From Octopus sinensis (taxonomy: Eukaryota): 23,195 bases of DNA. The stretch lies in NCBI RefSeq assembly GCF_006345805.1, contig NW_021836702.1:1-23195 (forward strand). The letters are read 5' to 3'. Both the position numbers and the translations under genes were made by a program. Each line of letters starts with the position of its first letter. Positions within the stretch are counted from its first letter, which is position 1. The notes under the pieces were generated by a model, which had not been told where the DNA came from, searched no databases, and worked only from the letters and a program-made list of their open reading frames with translations. This document shows positions 18,066 to 23,195 of the stretch, piece by piece.

Positions 18066-18366
18066 TAGGAATGTGACTTAGTGCTTAGAGCAGTCGACTC
18101 ATGGTCATAAGGACCTGAGTTCAATTCCCAGCGACACTTTGTGCTCTTGAGCAAGACACTTTATTTCACATTGCTCCAGTCCACTCATCTGGTAAAAATG
18201 AGTAGTACCTGTATTTCAAAGGGCCAGCCTTGTCACATTGTGTGTGATGCTGAATCTCCATGAGAACTACATTAAGGGTACAAGTGTCTGTGGAGTATTC
18301 AGCCACTAACATGTTAATTTCATGAGCAAGCTGTTCCATTGATCGTATCAGCTGGGACCCTCATCA
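18066..18366 (+). mobile_element. tRNA-derived SINE with CORE-like segment, diverged
   Basis: GAGTTCAATTCCC B-box-like; CTTGAGCAAGACACTTTATTTCACATTGCTCCAGTCCACTCA as in 372-870; different 3' body. Confidence 0.75.
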
Positions 18367-18375
18367 CTGTGTGTG

Positions 18376-18404
<29 letters not shown>

Positions 18405-18406
<2 letters not shown>

Positions 18407-18833
18407 CAAAATCAAAATTGATCAACATCAATGGAAATTGTAGCTGTGATACCAGTGCCGGTGGCACATAAGAGAGCCATCCGAACGTGGCCGTTGCCAG
18501 CGCCACCTCGACTGGCCTCCATGCCGGTGGCACGTAAAAAGCACAATCCAATTGTGGCTGTCACCAGCCTTGCTTGGCCTCCGTGCCAGTGGCACGTAAA
18601 AAGCACCATCCGATCGTGGCCGTTTGCCAGCCTCGTCTGGCACCTGTGCCGGTGGCACGTAAAAAGCACCCACTACACTCATGGAGTGGTTGGCATTAGG
18701 AAGGTCATCCAGCCGTAGAAACACTGCCAGATCAGACTGGGCCTGGTGCAGCCTTCTGGCTTCCCAGACCCCAGTTGAACCGTCCAACCCATGCCAGCAT
18801 GGAAAGCGAACGCTAAACGATGATGATGATGAT
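18405..18833 (+). mobile_element. Full-length family E element, four subunits
   Basis: Head ATCAAAATCAAAATTGATCAACATC, four GGCAC(A/G)TAA subunits, GAT tail; (TA)n on both sides. Confidence 0.9.
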
Positions 18834-18968
18834 AAGTATATATATATATATATATATATGACTTTGCCTTTCATCCTTTCGGGGTTGACCAAATAAGTAC
18901 CAGTTATACAATGGGGTCAGTGTAATTGACTTAATCCCTTATACATACATACATACATATTTACATAT

Positions 18969-19011
<43 letters not shown>

Positions 19012-19224
19012 CACACTGCACACACACACACACACACACACACATTTTTGTAGCCCAAGAATGATAGTTCTGCAATTTCTTGGTGAACAACCTACACAAG
19101 CAATCTTTTTATTGTGATCAAATGCATGTGCTGTACATTAGCCCACTCCCTCCAACAAATTGATGTTACCTGAACAGGTGCATAGTGTACCACACGTCAG
19201 GTGTTGAAGTGTTTGCAGAGCAAT

Positions 19225-19335
19225 GTGCGATGAAGTGTTTTGCTCAAGAATACAATGCACTGCCCAGTGTGGGAATTGAAACCCCGATCTTCTGATCATG
19301 AATTCAACACCCTAACCACAAGATCATGTGCTCTC
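19225..19335 (-). mobile_element. Old CORE-like SINE head fragment
   Basis: TGAAGTGTTTTGCTCAAGAATACAA...GGGAATTGAAACC...CCCTAACCAC is the reverse complement of the 372-870-type head. Confidence 0.6.
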
Positions 19336-19386
19336 ACTATTATATAGATACATTCACACACAAGCACATGCTCATACACATACACA

Positions 19387-19431
<45 letters not shown>

Positions 19432-19493
19432 CAGGGATAGCCATAAGTTGCTTTACCCATTCCTTTAATATTATTAGAAATGTTTAGGGGCTT

Positions 19494-19694
19494 CAAGCTG
19501 GCAGAATCGTTAGCATGCCCGGCAAAATGCTTTGCAGTATTTCGCCTGTCTTCATGTTCTGAGTTCAAATTCTGCCGGGGTTGACTTTGCCTTTCATCCT
19601 TTCGGCATTGACCAATTAAGTACCAGTTACACAGTGTGGTCGGTGTAATCGACTTAATCCCTTTCCCAAATTTGAGGCCTTGTGCTTCCAGTAG
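19494..19694 (+). mobile_element. tRNA-derived SINE; target of the RTE insertion
   Basis: GCTGGCAGAATCGTTAGC A-box-like, GAGTTCAAATTC B-box-like, GACTTTGCCTTTCATCCTTTCGG body. A shorter fragment lies at 18860-18940. Confidence 0.8.
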
Positions 19695-20112
19695 CAACAT
19701 ATGGATGCGAGACCTGGGCACTAAAGAAAGCTGACCAGAAGAGAATTAATGCATTCGAGCTTTGGTGTTGGAGAAGACTTTTGCGGATTCCATGGACAGC
19801 GAGGCTCACTAATGGAGAAGTTCTTAAGCAGATAAGGCTGTCACTAGAAGCTGGGATCACCAAGTGTAGATTGGCATATTTCGGTCATATTATGCGGAGA
19901 GAATCCCTGGAGAAGGACATCATGCTCGGAATGGTCAGGGGAAAGAGAGGAAGAGGCCGACCAAGAACCCGCTGGCTTGACACCATCAGGAGTGATACAG
20001 GAATGGACATGGCCAATCTGAAGGAAGCGGCCCAGGATAGAACTGACTGGAGGACACTGATCCAACGAGTGACCGAGAGTCGGCTTCGACTGAGCGGATA
20101 GAGAGAGAGAGA
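19695..20112 (+). mobile_element. Young 5'-truncated RTE-BovB-like LINE, intact C-terminal ORF, (AG)n tail, 11-bp TSD
   Basis: 134 uninterrupted codons 19697-20098 plus TAG: TYGCETWALKK...FELWCWRRLLRIPWTAR...YFGHIMRR...GRGRPRTRWLD...RVTESRLRLSG. GCTTCCAGTAG at 19684-19694 and 20113-20123. Confidence 0.93.
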
Positions 20113-20195
20113 GCTTCCAGTAGAAAAGAGTATTAGAAATGTGTAAAGTGACTTGTGGCTATCCCTGCATGCAACAATGACAAACAGATCTTGCT

Positions 20196-20388
20196 ACCAC
20201 TGATACCATATAAAAAGCACCAAGTCCACTCTGTAAAGTGATTGGCATTAGGAAGGGCATCCAGCTGTGAAAACCTTGCCAAAACAGACAGTGGGGCCTG
20301 ATGTAGTTCTCTGGCTTTCCAGTTCCTGTCTAACTGTCCAACCCATGCCAGCATGTGAGACAGAATATGAAATGATGGTGATGATACA
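20196..20388 (+). mobile_element. Old family E-related 3' fragment
   Basis: AAAAAGCACC...TTGGCATTAGGAAGGGCATCCAGCTG...CCAACCCATGCCAGCATG...GATGAT. Confidence 0.7.
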
Positions 20389-20619
20389 TATGCAGGTGAG
20401 GAGTGAAACAAATTCATTACCAGCATAAGTGGCATAAAACTGGAGCTCTGACCATTTAGGGCAAGATCCATGGGTTCTGGTTGTAGAACAGGGGAGGGGT
20501 TGCTGTATATTCACCAAGTGCTGGTCAGGTCTAATGAAGCAATTGTCAGATGACCCAATGATCCAGTAGGTAGTGATAAAAGTGACAGGAGTTAGATTTT
20601 TGAGGTGATAAAAAGATCA

Positions 20620-20703
20620 TAGATGTTGTCAAGCAATGGTGGAGGGGGACAAACACAGACAAACATACATGAACACACACACTCACAACACACACACACT
20701 CAC

Positions 20704-20745
<42 letters not shown>

Positions 20746-20910
20746 TATATATATATATACATAACGGACAGTTTCCGTCAACTAAATCCACTCACAAGGC
20801 TTTGTTCAACCCAACGCTATTAACAGAAGACACTTGCCCAAGGTGCCACGCAGTGGGACTGAACATGGAACCATGTGGTTGAAAATCAAGCTTCTTACCA
20901 CACAGCCAGA
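20620..20910 (-). mobile_element. SINE (4363-4780 family), head and internal microsatellite
   Basis: AAATCCACTCACAAGGCTT...GAAGACACTTGCCCAAGGTGCCACGCAGTGGGACTGAAC...GGAACCATGTGGTTG. Confidence 0.8.
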
Positions 20911-20957
20911 CAAACACACTGCTTTGCCAAGGTGGATCATTCCTCTCAATAACCATA

Positions 20958-21190
20958 CCTATTTCTTTACTACCCACAAGGGGCTAAACATAGAGGGGTC
21001 AAACAAGGACAGACAAACGGATTAAGTCGATTATATCAACCCCAGTTCCTAACTGGTACTTAATCTATTGACCCCGAAAGGATGAAAGGCAAAGTCGACT
21101 TCGGTGGAATTTGAACTCAGAACGCAGCGGCGGACGAAATACCGCAAAGCATTTCGCCCAGCGTGCTAACAATTCTGCCAGCTCGCCACC
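20958..21190 (-). mobile_element. Full-length monomeric copy of the 1472-2443 SINE with 18-bp TSD
   Basis: CCTATTTCTTTACT...CTGCCAGCTCGCCACC flanked by TTCCTCTCAATAACCATA at 20940-20957 and 21191-21208. Confidence 0.92.
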
Positions 21191-21204
21191 TTCCTCTCAA
21201 TAAC

Positions 21205-21990
21205 CATATATCCCCCAGTCATGCTGATCCATGGTCATCTTCTCTATGAGGTCCATGATCCTGAGATCAGTTTTCCCGACTTTGTTCCATGTCTTTCAGG
21301 GTCTTCCTCATCCACTAGCCCCAGCTACACTATGTGTTCACCATTTGTTTATAGGGCTGCCCTCAACCATACTCACCACACGCACAGTTTTCCTTCTTGC
21401 TGAGAGCTGAGATCCCCTTCGGTCATGACTGACCATGGGCTTGCACCTAGAAAGCTACCCTCCCAGGAACAAGTCTGGGCAAGGTAGTTTTTTTATGGAA
21501 GACCAGCAGTCGCCCATACATACCGGGCTCCCCTCTCCACGCCACCAGTGTTATCCAAGGGAAAGGCAAAGGGGCCGATACAGCTTGGCACCTGTGACAT
21601 CGCAACTCATTTCTACAGCTGAGTGAACTGGAGCAACGTGAAATAAGGTGCCTTGCTCAATAACACAACACGCAGTCCGGTTTGGGATTTGAACTCACAA
21701 CCTCATGATCGTAAGCCCAACGCTCTAACCACTGAGCCATGCGCCTTCTTGCACACCACATCTTATTACCCTTATGCCTAGTTGTTCACTCAGCACATTT
21801 GTACCAGGTCATTCATTCACATTCCATGGAGCATGCTAGCTTCATTTTTTTCCAGTTCTCTCAAGTCCTTCACCCTTAAGCCATCTCTCACTACCATGCA
21901 GCAGCACAATCCTAACACAAGTATCATACAATCTACTCTTCACTTTCAAAGTAAAGACCATTGCTGCCAACCCTTTCTTTATCTGGTTAC
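21205..21990 (-). mobile_element. Degenerate RTE LINE 3' fragment interrupted by a SINE
   Basis: Minus-strand LKVKSRLYDTCVRIVLLHGSERW...KNEASML (about 21960-21830) and G*GRP*KTWNKVGKTDLRIMDLIEKMTMDQHDW (about 21325-21215). Confidence 0.7.
21433..21748 (-). mobile_element. tRNA-derived CORE-like SINE, full-length
   Basis: Reverse complement head GAAGGCGCATGGCTCAGTGGTTAGAGC...GAGTTCAAATCCC and central TTGAGCAAGGCACCTTATTTCACGTTGCTCCAGTTCACTCAGCTG. Confidence 0.85.
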
Positions 21991-22338
21991 TATAACACTG
22001 TGTCAGTAAGTGTTATTTCCTATTTGCTTCTGTTTAGAAATCAAAGGAAGTGACTACTATTCCCTTCACACTTTGCTTTTGTGACTTGGACATCAATGTT
22101 TTCAAACTGACCTGTTTTCTGTTACATTTCAGACAGATTCACTACTGGGTTGCTGAGGCAAAAATATCCTTGTAGCAAATATTCTGCTCGATACCACAGA
22201 TTGCTTGTCAGTTACTTGACCTTAACCACTTGAGCGTGTATCTTAGAGGCTGGCAATATAGGATCTCTGATGATGAGCAGGAGTTGTGGGGAAAATAGTT
22301 GTCATGTGTTGAGAGGGATTCTCTGGGGTTTGAATAAA

Positions 22339-22625
22339 TGTAACGAAAGCAAAGTATGAACGAAATATTAACCATTTTTCATATTTACCAGAGGTAAGCA
22401 AATAAGAAATAATAGTAGCTACCGAAAGACAAAAACCATTCCTTCTGGAAGGTTAAAGAGGATTCCAAAGGTCTCCTCAGAGTTCATGTAATCTATTAAA
22501 ACCTCACCTTGCCGTACGGCTTCAGCTACCCATTATCTTTTCATTTCTTCAGCTTTTTTCAAGTTTTTTTCTTATTTTTATAGAAATAAGAAAAACGTGG
22601 AAATTTTACCGGTGAGTGTGTTACA
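22339..22625. mobile_element. Possible solo LTR
   Basis: 287-bp non-repetitive block bounded by TGTAAC...GTTACA (8-bp inverted repeat AATGTAAC/GTTACATT), starting where a family C fragment breaks off. No matching TSD found. Confidence 0.3.
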
Positions 22626-22698
22626 TTATAAGGCACAAAAAGAAAATGACTATATATATATATATATATATTTATGTGTGTGGGAGAGTGTATGTACG

Positions 22699-22730
<32 letters not shown>

Positions 22731-22897
22731 AGTACATACATACATACACATCACACACACACACACATATATATCTATATATAGAAAAGTGCACTTAAAT
22801 TGCCCTGATGTGCAGAGAATCAAATGTTTTGGACAGTCTTTCTTGATGTAAAAATGGCAGGCATGAGAAATCGGCTGCAACTGATGAGAAACACAAG

Positions 22898-22938
<41 letters not shown>

Positions 22939-23195
22939 GCACATACATATATATGTGTATGTACGCCAAGAGTATCTCGCCAATGACAGATGTTGTGGCT
23001 TGCTGCTTGCAGTCCCAAATAATTCATAAGGTTAGTGCTTTTGTGTGGCTGTTTGAGTTAAATTTTAGCTCTGATTTCTAGCGATTGTATGTGTTACTTT
23101 GAACCCTTCTTTATTAATTTTATCATTTTGGTTTTAATTGCTACAGCCACCTATATTATAATGTATTTCATATATCTTAATATAATGATATATTG

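Noticed and set aside
19682-20101. 139-aa ORF as a host gene
   Set aside because: It is the C-terminus of an RTE ORF inside a TSD-flanked insertion; the apparent start comes from the target SINE.
22584-22611. Plus-strand 28-nt micro-exon (TTTTTATAG...CCG|GTGAGT)
   Set aside because: Good-looking splice signals, but not a multiple of three, no partner exons, antisense to the kinase, and inside a probable repeat.

Overview
AT-rich, repeat-saturated eukaryotic DNA. The SINE and microsatellite repertoire points to an octopod cephalopod (inference from memory of these families, not a search). The only host coding sequence I can support is one 129-bp phase-0 exon on the minus strand (12815-12943) of a CAMK-group, AMPK-related (HUNK/MARK-like) Ser/Thr kinase. 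I found no other exon of it, so the rest is probably its flanking introns. That space holds nested retroelement relics (several RTE lineages including one young BovB-like 3' fragment, R4/Dong-like fragments, tRNA-derived SINEs, a GAT-tailed element with internal ~62-bp subunits, an AAT-tailed element), a Merlin-like MITE, a non-autonomous Helitron and long compound microsatellites. The microsatellites explain nearly all ORFs in the supplied track. Most notable: (1) a 265-bp palindrome with 129-bp perfect arms, about 420 bp past the exon's donor, carrying on each strand a minimal type-I hammerhead-ribozyme-like motif with a compensatory G3-C8 core swap and a self-complementary stem III; (2) two copies of a second minimal hammerhead-like motif in Penelope-like termini; (3) further fold-backs of graded age; (4) SINE multimers each enclosed by a single target-site duplication; (5) a locally templated 170-bp insertion preserving the empty site of the MITE; (6) a chain of same-polarity (AAT)n tracts that appears to have been repeatedly targeted. 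No ribozyme activity, expression or novelty is demonstrated; all alignments were done by eye.
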